This document shows, one piece after another, positions 51,173 through 60,266 of a DNA stretch of 64,000 nt (positions within the stretch are counted from its first letter, which is position 1; the number at the start of each line of letters is the position of its first letter). The translations under genes and the position numbers were made by a program. This stretch comes from Promethearchaeota archaeon (GTDB lineage Archaea; Asgardarchaeota; Lokiarchaeia; Sigyniarchaeales; SOKP01): the NCBI GenBank assembly GCA_016840165.1, contig JAEOSU010000072.1, forward strand, positions 224,001 through 288,000, in the 5' to 3' direction. The notes below the pieces were generated by a model. It saw only the letters and a list, made by a program, of their open reading frames with translations. It had not been told where the DNA came from and searched no databases.

Positions 51173-52765
51173 TTAAGTTTCTTTTATATTATCAATGGCT
51201 AATTCTGCAGCTTCACAAACATAATCACATTCATCATGAATCATTCCTTGTAATGCAGAAAGAACCTCAGTAGAGTCTACTCCAAGCATTCCCAATGCTT
51301 CGGTGGCTCGCCATCGTACATCTTTATTTTTGTCGGATAAAGCTCTAATTAAGGACGGAATTGCCTTAGTAGCAAATAATCCTAATTTACCAATAGCAAG
51401 CGCTGCTTCTCTACGTACATTAGCTTTCTTATCAAGTAAAGCACCTTCTAAAGCATTAAGAGCAGCATTGGATTCCACTCCAATCTTTCCTAAAGTCCTC
51501 GCAACTTCTAGTCGTATATAATTTTTTTTACTATTCAATTGCGTGATAATGAAATTTATAGGTTCATCTTTGTTTATACCAATTCCACCAATAGATGCAA
51601 TTAATAGTACTTTTTGCTTGTTATTTAAATCGAATAACTTATGGAACCATAAATAATACCCCAAACTAAGATATATGATATCTATTATTATAAATATTGC
51701 ATATATTATTGAATAAAAAAACGATATAAAAGCAAAAATAGTCCCTAGACCCCCTAAATTCATTAAAACAAAAAGTAGGGGTAATCCTGGTGTAAATAGA
51801 TAAATCATACTTAAAACTAATAAAACCCAAAAAATTGGAAATCGAATAGTTTGTTTACTAAAAAGAGGAATGTGAAACTCATCATAAGCTTTTATTATGG
51901 ATGGGATAGCAGTTTCCCCGATGCTTCGCAGCGCATCAGTGGCTATACCTCGAACAGATTCTACTTTATCGTCTAATAAACCAGAGATTTTTTCTAAAAC
52001 CTCGGGACTGGATATTTTTAATTCACCTAAAGTTTCAACCGCACATCTTCTAACGATAGCATTCTTATGCTTTAAGGAATCTAATAAATAAGGTAGGGTA
52101 GGTTCGCCAATTTGAGCAAGTGTAGATATTACCCTATTTCTTACCCTCCAATCATCATCACTAAGAGCATGAATGAGAGTAGGAATAGATTTTATAGTAT
52201 TTTTTCCAATTCCACTTATTGCTTCTGCTGATGCGGTTCTTACAGTCCAATTCGGATCTCTCATGCTTTTTGTTAAATCAGGAATAACCTCAAAAGCATC
52301 AGGACCTAATAAACCTAATGATTTCGCAGATTCAGTGCGAACACTCTCATCTTTATCCTTTAATCCATTTTTTAATATATCTATACATTCTTCAGTAGCA
52401 ACACAGATTCTTCCTAATGAATTAACCACTGAACTACGAATAGAAACTTCTTTCTCATTTATAAGATCAGCTAATCTTGGAATGGATGGAGACGCTATAT
52501 GCCCGATTTTACCCAGAGACCGAGCTGCCTCACGTCTTACGCTCCAATCTTCATCATTAAGATATTTGGTTATTTTTGAAACTGCTTTTGGCCCAGCTTT
52601 TTCACCAAGCTCTCCGAGAACGAATATAGAATTAAAACGAATAGATCTTATTTCATTATCAACTTGCGTAACCACATCATCAATAACGGAAGGATCTTTT
52701 TCTATTCTTCCGAGAACTAGATCAATCCTTGCATCTCTTAATAATTGTTCTAAAGAAGCAGACAT
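51173..52765 (-). CDS. HEAT-repeat protein with an internal transmembrane hairpin
   Basis: More than 10 repeats of the type L.D....VR..AA..LG; two long hydrophobic helices at aa ~305-375. Confidence 0.82.
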   Translation of the reverse strand: MSASLEQLLRDARIDLVLGRIEKDPSVIDDVVTQVDNEIRSIRFNSIFVLGELGEKAGPKAVSKITKYLNDEDWSVRREAARSLGKIGHIASPSIPRLADLINEKEVSIRSSVVNSLGRICVATEECIDILKNGLKDKDESVRTESAKSLGLLGPDAFEVIPDLTKSMRDPNWTVRTASAEAISGIGKNTIKSIPTLIHALSDDDWRVRNRVISTLAQIGEPTLPYLLDSLKHKNAIVRRCAVETLGELKISSPEVLEKISGLLDDKVESVRGIATDALRSIGETAIPSIIKAYDEFHIPLFSKQTIRFPIFWVLLVLSMIYLFTPGLPLLFVLMNLGGLGTIFAFISFFYSIIYAIFIIIDIIYLSLGYYLWFHKLFDLNNKQKVLLIASIGGIGINKDEPINFIITQLNSKKNYIRLEVARTLGKIGVESNAALNALEGALLDKKANVRREAALAIGKLGLFATKAIPSLIRALSDKNKDVRWRATEALGMLGVDSTEVLSALQGMIHDECDYVCEAAELAIDNIKET

Positions 52766-52776
52766 TTTGATTCACC

Positions 52777-53490
52777 TTATATTCCTAAATAAACTTTTTT
52801 AATTCTTGGCTCTTTTACTAATTGCTCTTTTGTACCTCTCATCTCAATTTTGCCCTCTTCGAGCACATGGATATTTTCACCTACCTCCATAGCGAGAGCT
52901 GCGTCTTGTTCAATCAATAGAGTTGTTGTACCTTCTTCTTTAATCTTATTTATCGCCTGAAAAATAGTGTCTTTAATTTTTGGAGCTAATCCCAATGAGG
53001 GTTCATCTAATAATAAGAGTTTAGGATTAGCCATTAACGATCTTGCAATTGCGAGCATCTGTTGTTCACCGCCACTCAGAGTACCTGCTCTTTGTTTTTT
53101 TCTTTCTTTTAGTCGAGGGAATATTTCAAATATAAATTCCAGTAATTCATTATACTTTTGTTTGTCTTTAAGAGTATTAGCCCCTAAGTCAATATTTTCC
53201 ATAACTGTCATATCATAGAATAATCTCCGTCGTTCAGGACAGTGAGCTATCCCTCTCTTTGCTATTTTATGAGGTTTCATACCATCAATTCGCTCTCCTA
53301 AAAATTCAATTTTACCACGATCAGGTTCTTCTAGTCCAGAAATTACTTTTAGAAGAGTAGATTTTCCGGCACCATTCGGACCTATTACGGCATCAAGAGC
53401 TTTTTCTTCAACTTTTAAGTTTATTTCTTCCAGTGCTCGTGCTTTTTCATAATAATGATATATTTTTTTCAATTCAAGCAAATCCTTCAC
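52777..53490 (-). CDS. livF: HAAT-family ABC ATPase LivF
   Basis: GPNGAGKST, FPRLKERKKQRAGTLSGGEQQMLAIAR, DEPSLGLAP. Confidence 0.92.
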   Translation of the reverse strand: MKDLLELKKIYHYYEKARALEEINLKVEEKALDAVIGPNGAGKSTLLKVISGLEEPDRGKIEFLGERIDGMKPHKIAKRGIAHCPERRRLFYDMTVMENIDLGANTLKDKQKYNELLEFIFEIFPRLKERKKQRAGTLSGGEQQMLAIARSLMANPKLLLLDEPSLGLAPKIKDTIFQAINKIKEEGTTTLLIEQDAALAMEVGENIHVLEEGKIEMRGTKEQLVKEPRIKKVYLGI

Positions 53491-54214
53491 CTCTTCCTAA
53501 ATATGCTTCTAACACAATTTTGTTATTTGCAACTTCTTGGGGTGGGCCTTCGGCTATATATTTTCCTTGATGCATTGCTATCACCCTTGGAACTAAGTGC
53601 ATCAATTCCCGTAATACATGTCCCGTCATAAAAACAGTTACTCCATCATCGTGCAATTTATTGATCAAATCAGTAATTCCTTCTTGTTCTTCATGGGAAA
53701 GTCCGCTAAATGGTTCATCAAGCAAAAGAAATTGGGGATTAGTCCCAAGAGCTTTAGATATTTGTAGTTTTCGTAGATCTCCATGGGGAAGTATAATTGG
53801 AGGAATTCTAGCCTTATCAACTAAACCAGTTGATGCAAGTATTGTACTGGCATATTCCTCCACTCCATATTGTTTTGAGGCTTTTCGACTTCTCTTCGAC
53901 AAGCAAGGAACGACTACATTATCGAGTAAAGTCATATAACGAAAATATCGCACTATTTGAAAGGTTCTAGCAATACCTAAATTTACAATCTTAAATGGCT
54001 TCATACCAGTTATGTCTTGACCATTAAATCTAATAGATCCTGAAGATGGCTTTTCTAAGCCAGAGATCATGTTAAAGATTGTTGTCTTTCCTGCTCCATT
54101 TGGTCCAATAAGCCCAACAAACTCTCCACGATGTATTTCAAAGCTCATATCATTAACCGCTGTGAGTCCTGAGAATTTCTTAGTTAAATTCTTAACTTCT
54201 AATATAATTCCTAT
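53474..54214 (-). CDS. livG: HAAT-family ABC ATPase LivG (probable ATA start)
   Basis: GPNGAGKTT, GIARTFQ, VLEAYLG. The conserved N-terminus ILEVKNLTKKFSGLTAVND lies upstream of the tracked ATG (54148) and begins at an ATA at 54214 after GAGGTGA. Confidence 0.88.
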   Translation of the reverse strand: MGIILEVKNLTKKFSGLTAVNDMSFEIHRGEFVGLIGPNGAGKTTIFNMISGLEKPSSGSIRFNGQDITGMKPFKIVNLGIARTFQIVRYFRYMTLLDNVVVPCLSKRSRKASKQYGVEEYASTILASTGLVDKARIPPIILPHGDLRKLQISKALGTNPQFLLLDEPFSGLSHEEQEGITDLINKLHDDGVTVFMTGHVLRELMHLVPRVIAMHQGKYIAEGPPQEVANNKIVLEAYLGRGEGFA

Positions 54215-54225
54215 TTTTTTTCACC

Positions 54226-55278
54226 TCATCTTCCTAATAAAACTAACCAAAAATCTCTAAGGTGTTCTAATGCTGGTTTTAAAACTCCTTCAGATGCAAA
54301 TCGAATGATTAAAATAAGTAGAATTGAAAAAATAAAGAGAGGTTCAGCAAAATCTACTAAAAATGCAAAAAATGGTATATTCGACAAAAACTCAGATATA
54401 AATACCAAAGCTTCACTTAAAAAAACAAATATAAAAGCTCCAAGAGCACCACCGGATATTGTGGCTAGACCACCTAAAGCTACCATAATTAATGCATAAA
54501 ATGAATATAATGGTTGATATATTAAAGGATTTATCGCATTATTATACATAGCCCAAAGCGCTCCTGCTAAACCTGCAAATAAAGCACTTATCATAAATGC
54601 TATCACTTTATATTTAGTTGTATTAATACCTGAAGATTCTGATCCTCTCTCGTCATCTCGGATTGATTTTAAAATAGTCCCTAAATTTGATTTTGTTAAA
54701 CGGATCATGATAATTATTGATACGATCATAAAAATGAATACTACATAATATGAGACCGTAGCAATCGGCGATATACTTGGCACACCAGGTATTCCCTCAT
54801 CACCATGTAAAATGGGTTTTAAATCCCATAATCCGAACACCTGCCGGAATATAATGCCAATAACTAGTGTTGCTAAGGCTAAATAAGGTCCTTTCATTCT
54901 TAATGTCATATAACCAATAGCTAATCCTAATAATACAGCAACCAGAAGACTAATCCATATTGCAATTGCCCAATGAAGATGATATGTCACTAAAAGTTCA
55001 GCAATAACATATCCAGAAATACCAAGAAAGATAGCATGCCCAAAACTTACTTTCCCTGTGAAACCAGCTAATAAATCCCAACTTGCGGCATAAATAGAAT
55101 AAATCATGGCAAGCATGAATACTTTTAGGACATATGTATTAGTACTTACTAAGGGAAACAATGATAGTCCTATCACGCAAAAAATTGTTAGACCCCCTTT
55201 AAATTCTCGCGCCCAACTTGCAAAATATTTTGGAAATCCAGATATTTTTTCCCGAACCTTATTAGTTTTATTCGACAT
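54226..55278 (-). CDS. livM: HAAT-family ABC permease LivM
   Basis: GFTGKVSFGHA, GPYLALAT, SIRDDE. Confidence 0.9.
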   Translation of the reverse strand: MSNKTNKVREKISGFPKYFASWAREFKGGLTIFCVIGLSLFPLVSTNTYVLKVFMLAMIYSIYAASWDLLAGFTGKVSFGHAIFLGISGYVIAELLVTYHLHWAIAIWISLLVAVLLGLAIGYMTLRMKGPYLALATLVIGIIFRQVFGLWDLKPILHGDEGIPGVPSISPIATVSYYVVFIFMIVSIIIMIRLTKSNLGTILKSIRDDERGSESSGINTTKYKVIAFMISALFAGLAGALWAMYNNAINPLIYQPLYSFYALIMVALGGLATISGGALGAFIFVFLSEALVFISEFLSNIPFFAFLVDFAEPLFIFSILLILIIRFASEGVLKPALEHLRDFWLVLLGR

Positions 55279-55308
55279 AAATTTTTCTACACTTTAATAT
55301 TGATTTTT

Positions 55309-56184
55309 CTAATCAATTTCTTTTTTACCAAAAAGACCCCTTGGACGTATTATTAAAATTATAATTAGAACTATTATTGGCATTAGAGTGGATATAACAG
55401 GATTAAGAAAGTAAGCTGTAAAAATTCTCACATACCCCAGAATAAAGGCACCAATTAAACTACCTTTAAGACTGCCCATGCCACCCAAAATAACTATAGC
55501 AATCGAATCTGTTAATACAACCCACCCAAGATAAGGAGCCACTCTATCTAATGGTGTATAAAGTATTGCTGCTAACCCGGCTAAAAAAGCAGAGATCATA
55601 ACCGTATACATTACAATTCTATCGACATTTATGCCCATCAAGCTTGCAGCTTCACGATCCTGGGAGACTGCTCTGACAGCCTTTCCTAATTTGCTTTTGC
55701 TAATAAAGAGCATTACAAGAGATATTATCACTATTGAAGAAACAATTAATATGATTTGGTGGAGTTGAATTGTAACATCAAAAAAATTAAAACTCATATC
55801 CCAGATGGTTGAAATATGTTTAGTTTCAGGTTCAAAAAGAACACCTACTAATTGTTCTGCAAAAAATGCAAGAGCAAATGTACCAATCATAACACTTACT
55901 TCGTTTTCATGCAAGGGTTTTATCAATAGCAAATAGGTCAACATCCCAATTATAATAATGAAAACTATTGCTATACCCATTCCTAATAAAAATGCAGTAT
56001 CACCAAGATTGGGAGTAAGGGTTGACCATATCCAATAAAAAATATAACTAGCTAGAAGATAAAAGGCTCCTTGGGCCAAGTTCAAAATACGTCCAACTCC
56101 GTAAACCAATGAATAACCCAAAGAATATAAAGCATATATTAAGCTTTGAATTAAACCGAAGAATAAAAAATCTACAATGATCAC
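55309..56184 (-). CDS. livH: HAAT-family ABC permease LivH
   Basis: GYSLVYGVGRILNLAQG, GKAVRAVSQDREAASLMGIN, RPRGLFG. Confidence 0.9.
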   Translation of the reverse strand: MIIVDFLFFGLIQSLIYALYSLGYSLVYGVGRILNLAQGAFYLLASYIFYWIWSTLTPNLGDTAFLLGMGIAIVFIIIIGMLTYLLLIKPLHENEVSVMIGTFALAFFAEQLVGVLFEPETKHISTIWDMSFNFFDVTIQLHQIILIVSSIVIISLVMLFISKSKLGKAVRAVSQDREAASLMGINVDRIVMYTVMISAFLAGLAAILYTPLDRVAPYLGWVVLTDSIAIVILGGMGSLKGSLIGAFILGYVRIFTAYFLNPVISTLMPIIVLIIILIIRPRGLFGKKEID

Positions 56185-56409
56185 GTTAATTTATCAACTC
56201 GATAATTGATGTAATCAAAAGATTTAAACAAAATGTCCCATCTAATGACCATTTAATATTAAAAATATTTGTTTTTATCCTATAAAAAGATTACTTTATT
56301 CTAGTTTGCTTCTAAACAATTTTTACAAATTGTGCCAATATTTAAATACATCCTTATCAAAACTAGTTAATATCCAAAATTTATTTACAAAAATTTGTGA
56401 GAATTTAAT

Positions 56410-57927
56410 ATGGAACAATTAACAAAAAGAATATTAGCAATCGTACTGATTGCGGTAATAGGAGTTGCTATAGGATTTACAGTTTGGATCTTTGTTGCCC
56501 CTTATGTTTGGAGCAATGTAGATGTGCCTGGGATGGAAAATGAAGCTGCTATCCCTGAAGATCGAATAATCAAAATTGGAGTTGCGGGTGATACTAAAAG
56601 AATTCATGGTCGAGGCCAATATCAAGGAGCGTATTTAGCAGCATATGAAATCAATACTGGAACTGGAGCAATCGGATCGAAATATTTCCCTGGGGGAGGT
56701 ATTACCATTGGCGGTCAAAAATATTATATTGGTATAACCTCGGAGGATACTGATGAAGCTAATCCACAACTAGATACTGCTAAAGGTACCGTTGCGGCAG
56801 ATAGGTTAGTATATTATAAAAACGTGCAATTTGCTTTGGGAGGATTTAGGACAGAATCTCTTTTAGCATACCGAGAAGTTTTTATGGAGAATGCTATTCC
56901 TTTTATCAATACAGGTTCTGCAACAGATAGTTTCTGCGAAGATGTAAAAGACAATTATGCAAGATATAAATATTTCTTCCAAGACAATCCAATTAAGGGC
57001 TCGGATTTAGCATCAGAACTTATTAGACTGCTTATGACATCTTCAGTAATATTTTCAGCCTTTCCACCCTCTTTAGGAGGTGCTGGTCAACCTGTAATAC
57101 GGTTTTCGATTGTACGAGAACAGCTAGAATGGACGGAAGGTTTCAAAGATGCAATCGTTGCTGTGTTAACAAATCTAACAGGTACTAACCCCTTAATAGA
57201 AATGGTATTTACAGGGTTAGACATTACGATTCCTCAAAACATTGGAGAAACTGAGATGCGAGCTCATTGGTTAAACCTTGATGGTAACAATACTCAAATT
57301 GTAGTACCTATTATATCTGGTGAGGCAGGTAGTACATTTACTACTACTTATGGCGATATAAATCCAGGTATTATTCCCATAGGAATAAATGTTATGTCGC
57401 AAGCTGGGGACTATTGGACCACCACAGGTGGTAGATGTGAATACGGTGTAACCTTAGAATCAGTATTAAGAACAAACAAAACTACGCTAACACAACCAGT
57501 ATGGGATGCATATCTTGCGAGATGGTTAGAAAGTCCAATCTATACAGCAGTTGGAGCGATTGATGCTGTGCTCCATTATGCATGGGCGATTAATGCTTCA
57601 CAATCCCTTAATCCGGACACAATCGTAGCACAGCTTGAAACATTAGACAAGGCTAATGCCATTGAATGTACTGCTGGATGGATAGCGTATGATGATGGTT
57701 CTACTGGAGCTACTAGACATTGTACAACAGAAGGTTGGCCTTATGGTGCTGCTCTTGCAGTACAATGGTATAATGGTTTTAAGAGATTAGTACCTGGTGC
57801 TTTGATTTATCCAAGTGATCCTTGGTCAAGTGCCATTCATCCCTTATATACCCCTCCCTATGGCTACCTTGAAGGCATGAACTATACAGTACTTCCACCG
57901 GGATTAAATCCACCTACTCCTCCTTAA
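56410..57927 (+). CDS. Membrane-anchored LivK-type substrate-binding protein
   Basis: N-terminal TM helix, IKIGV, AAYEIN...GGI, GGFRTE; divergent from livH; Pro-rich C-terminus. Confidence 0.85.
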   Translation: MEQLTKRILAIVLIAVIGVAIGFTVWIFVAPYVWSNVDVPGMENEAAIPEDRIIKIGVAGDTKRIHGRGQYQGAYLAAYEINTGTGAIGSKYFPGGGITIGGQKYYIGITSEDTDEANPQLDTAKGTVAADRLVYYKNVQFALGGFRTESLLAYREVFMENAIPFINTGSATDSFCEDVKDNYARYKYFFQDNPIKGSDLASELIRLLMTSSVIFSAFPPSLGGAGQPVIRFSIVREQLEWTEGFKDAIVAVLTNLTGTNPLIEMVFTGLDITIPQNIGETEMRAHWLNLDGNNTQIVVPIISGEAGSTFTTTYGDINPGIIPIGINVMSQAGDYWTTTGGRCEYGVTLESVLRTNKTTLTQPVWDAYLARWLESPIYTAVGAIDAVLHYAWAINASQSLNPDTIVAQLETLDKANAIECTAGWIAYDDGSTGATRHCTTEGWPYGAALAVQWYNGFKRLVPGALIYPSDPWSSAIHPLYTPPYGYLEGMNYTVLPPGLNPPTPP

Positions 57928-57991
57928 GAAATTAAATAAATTTTTTTTTTTCTATTTCTATTTATTTTTAAAATTAGAGTATAAGATACAT

Positions 57992-58936
57992 TCAGTTTTT
58001 TGTTGAAAATCCATTTTTTAAGCTGAGAATTCGATTTGAGCTTTTATCAAATTGGATGTTTATTGAATAAAAAGAACCAGAAAAATAACTTTCAGAAAGA
58101 AGTAAATAAAGTGTAAATTCTTTCTCGCTTTCTTTAAATTGAGGAAGTATGTATTCCCATTTAAGGAAAAAAGTATATTTTTTACAAATACCTAAGGCTT
58201 GCTTGTAGATTATTTCTTTTTGTGAATTTTTTTCTATCGTTGTCTCATATAAAGTAGTGCTTTTCTCTTTGAATTGTATTTTTTTAGTTAATTTAAATGT
58301 TATTTTATCCTCATTAGATTGGTTTTGATAAACTAAATAGGTAAAAGGAAATATACCTGGTATATAATGGGCATAATTGGGCAATCTTAATTGAACCCAG
58401 ACTTTTGTAATAATTCTATAGGAGAAATAAAAGAGATAAAACCCAAGGATGAAATAAATTATAGGTGAGAAATATAAAGAAGGCCATAAGAAAAATACCA
58501 CAAAATAGAAAAGAATTATTGAACCTGAAACCGTTGCTAAAGCGATATTGATGGCTCTATCGATAAAAAATCTCACTCTTTTTTTATAAAATGGATAAAA
58601 AAGGGGAATTTTAGAGGCAGATAAGAAATCTAATGTTAAATGCAAGCTATAAAATAGAAATCCAACTACCCATACTAAGAGAAAGGGTTCTTGTAAAAGA
58701 AATGATGAAAATATTCCGATTAACCCTGAAAATAAGAAGGCAAAGAAGTAGGAATGAGAAACTCCTTTATGAGAGAGGAGAGGGGTGTCTTTTATTCTTT
58801 TTAATGGCTCTAAGATTATGTCAAAGTCAGCTATCACAGCCATAATAATGCCATACAATACAATACTGAAATTAAATGAATTCAGTGTGAATAAGCTCAA
58901 CAGAATCCCCATTAAAAAATGAGTAAAAAAGTCCAT
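57992..58936 (-). CDS. Membrane metal-dependent hydrolase (YdjM-like)
   Basis: MDFFTH, ADFD, HKGVSHS, HLTLD; start moved to the ATG at 58936. Confidence 0.82.
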   Translation of the reverse strand: MDFFTHFLMGILLSLFTLNSFNFSIVLYGIIMAVIADFDIILEPLKRIKDTPLLSHKGVSHSYFFAFLFSGLIGIFSSFLLQEPFLLVWVVGFLFYSLHLTLDFLSASKIPLFYPFYKKRVRFFIDRAINIALATVSGSIILFYFVVFFLWPSLYFSPIIYFILGFYLFYFSYRIITKVWVQLRLPNYAHYIPGIFPFTYLVYQNQSNEDKITFKLTKKIQFKEKSTTLYETTIEKNSQKEIIYKQALGICKKYTFFLKWEYILPQFKESEKEFTLYLLLSESYFSGSFYSINIQFDKSSNRILSLKNGFSTKN

Positions 58937-59064
58937 ATTCCTTAAATAAGAAATTTTAATGTATATTTTAAGTTTAATATTTTTATTTATAATTTCTATA
59001 ATAATGAGTTTAATCATAAATAAAAATTCTTAATTTACTAAACTTAAAGGAGGCATTCCTTTTG

Positions 59065-59099
59065 TTCCTCTTTCACAAACATTTCTTGAAAGAGTTCAT
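59065..59099 (-). other. SECIS-like or terminator hairpin at the end of the arsenic operon
   Basis: Minus strand AUGAA-CUCUUUCA-AGAAAUGUUUG-UGAAAGAG-GAA; a second hairpin AAAGGA/UCCUUU at 59046-59062. Confidence 0.35.
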
Positions 59100-59220
59100 T
59101 CCAAGCTTAGTTCTATTTCGTTTGAAAATAATGGGCAAAATATTCATTATCTTTACCGAATTTCTTTCTAATCACTATTTTAAAAGAACTTATTTCAAAC
59201 CGATTTTTCACTTTTTCTCA

Positions 59221-59577
59221 TCAACATCCAACATCTGGTTGTAATTGAATATAACTGTCAGGATAGACATTAAATTCAATTTTATCCCGAATGGGATTGA
59301 ATTTTTGCATCAATCCGTTCTCATCTGGAGCATAAGCATAGATTCCAACATCATCATAAATGCTATTTGTTTTAAAATCGACAAGCAATTGCATGTAATT
59401 GTGAATATAGCCCTCATTTATAGGAAAAATTGTTTTTTGTGTATCCTTTGCTTCTATTTTATCAACCATCGCAAGACATTCCAAGAACGTAGCATCTTCT
59501 TTTATTGTAAGATTGTATTTCTTTCCGTGTTGAAGCCCCTTAATCGGTAAACTAATCTCAAAAGTTATTTTTTTAAT
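59221..59577 (-). CDS. Probable ubiquitin-like (beta-grasp, MoaD/ThiS-like) protein ending in Gly-Cys
   Basis: The frame stays open upstream of the tracked TTG (59484) to ATT codons after GGAGG: IKKITFEISLP...YNLTIKEDATFLECLAMVD...YPDSYIQLQPDVGC. This matches the MoaD-like strand/helix pattern. Confidence 0.5.
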   Translation of the reverse strand: MKKITFEISLPIKGLQHGKKYNLTIKEDATFLECLAMVDKIEAKDTQKTIFPINEGYIHNYMQLLVDFKTNSIYDDVGIYAYAPDENGLMQKFNPIRDKIEFNVYPDSYIQLQPDVGC

Positions 59578-59613
59578 AATATTCCCTCCATTGTTTAAAT
59601 TAAATATTTATGC

Positions 59614-59889
59614 TTAAATTAACCCTTTTTGTTTCAATATATTTGGTAATTCTTTTTTTAATAAATATGAAGCTGTAAAGATCCTATTATTATCCACTAC
59701 CGCACATTTACTATGAAGATTTAGATTACGTGCCTCTTCAGAATTCAAGTTTTTAGTATCGTAATCTATATATTTTATATAAGGAGTAAGTGCTTCAAAA
59801 ATTCTATTTACAAATTTGTCCCATTCGCAAGCACACGCATCTAATGGAACATATATATTTACTGTTAATTTTTCATTCGATTTTTCCAT
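59614..59889 (-). CDS. Small thioredoxin-fold/ArsD-like CxC protein
   Basis: VNIYVPLDACACEW followed by a helix, and KCAVVDN; lies within the arsenic operon. Confidence 0.55.
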   Translation of the reverse strand: MEKSNEKLTVNIYVPLDACACEWDKFVNRIFEALTPYIKYIDYDTKNLNSEEARNLNLHSKCAVVDNNRIFTASYLLKKELPNILKQKGLI

Positions 59890-59922
59890 TACTTATTATA
59901 GCACCTTTTTATTATTAACATT

Positions 59923-60246
59923 TTATGGGCAGTTACAGCTTTTTTGTACGCTTTTAGCAACACTTCTAGCATTCCACAAACATCCACAACCTTTCTGCTC
60001 ATTTAAAATAATGGCGTTGACAGGGCAGTTTCGCTGACAAGCACTACATTCTGTGCATAATTCTGGATGGGTTATCTCGAACTTCCCATTCTCCTTTTCG
60101 TGGGGTAATCCAAATGGACAGAGTTCGGCACAAAGCCCACAACCAGTACATTCTGGCTCTTTTATCATTATTTTTATACCTAAAACACGTAAAATGTTAT
60201 CTAAAGAATTTGTATTACAACAAGCGTTCTGATTTATATCTACCAT
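59923..60246 (-). CDS. hgcB-like: HgcB-like 2[4Fe-4S] ferredoxin with Cys-rich termini
   Basis: CTGCGLCAELCP and CTECSACQRNCP, then GCGC and a terminal CNCP; N-terminal CC; directly follows the hgcA-like gene. Confidence 0.75.
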   Translation of the reverse strand: MVDINQNACCNTNSLDNILRVLGIKIMIKEPECTGCGLCAELCPFGLPHEKENGKFEITHPELCTECSACQRNCPVNAIILNEQKGCGCLWNARSVAKSVQKSCNCP

Positions 60247-60266
60247 ATTATCTATTCCTCCTTTTA

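Noticed and set aside
52173-52802. 209-aa antisense ORF, and other shadow ORFs such as 11182-11673, 1637-2080, 46659-47036 and 59245-59550
   Set aside because: They lie opposite well-supported genes, have no motifs, and reflect codon bias of the sense strand.
57840-57927. Pro-rich tail of the binding protein as a profilin ligand
   Set aside because: The domain is predicted to be extracellular, so it would not meet profilin.
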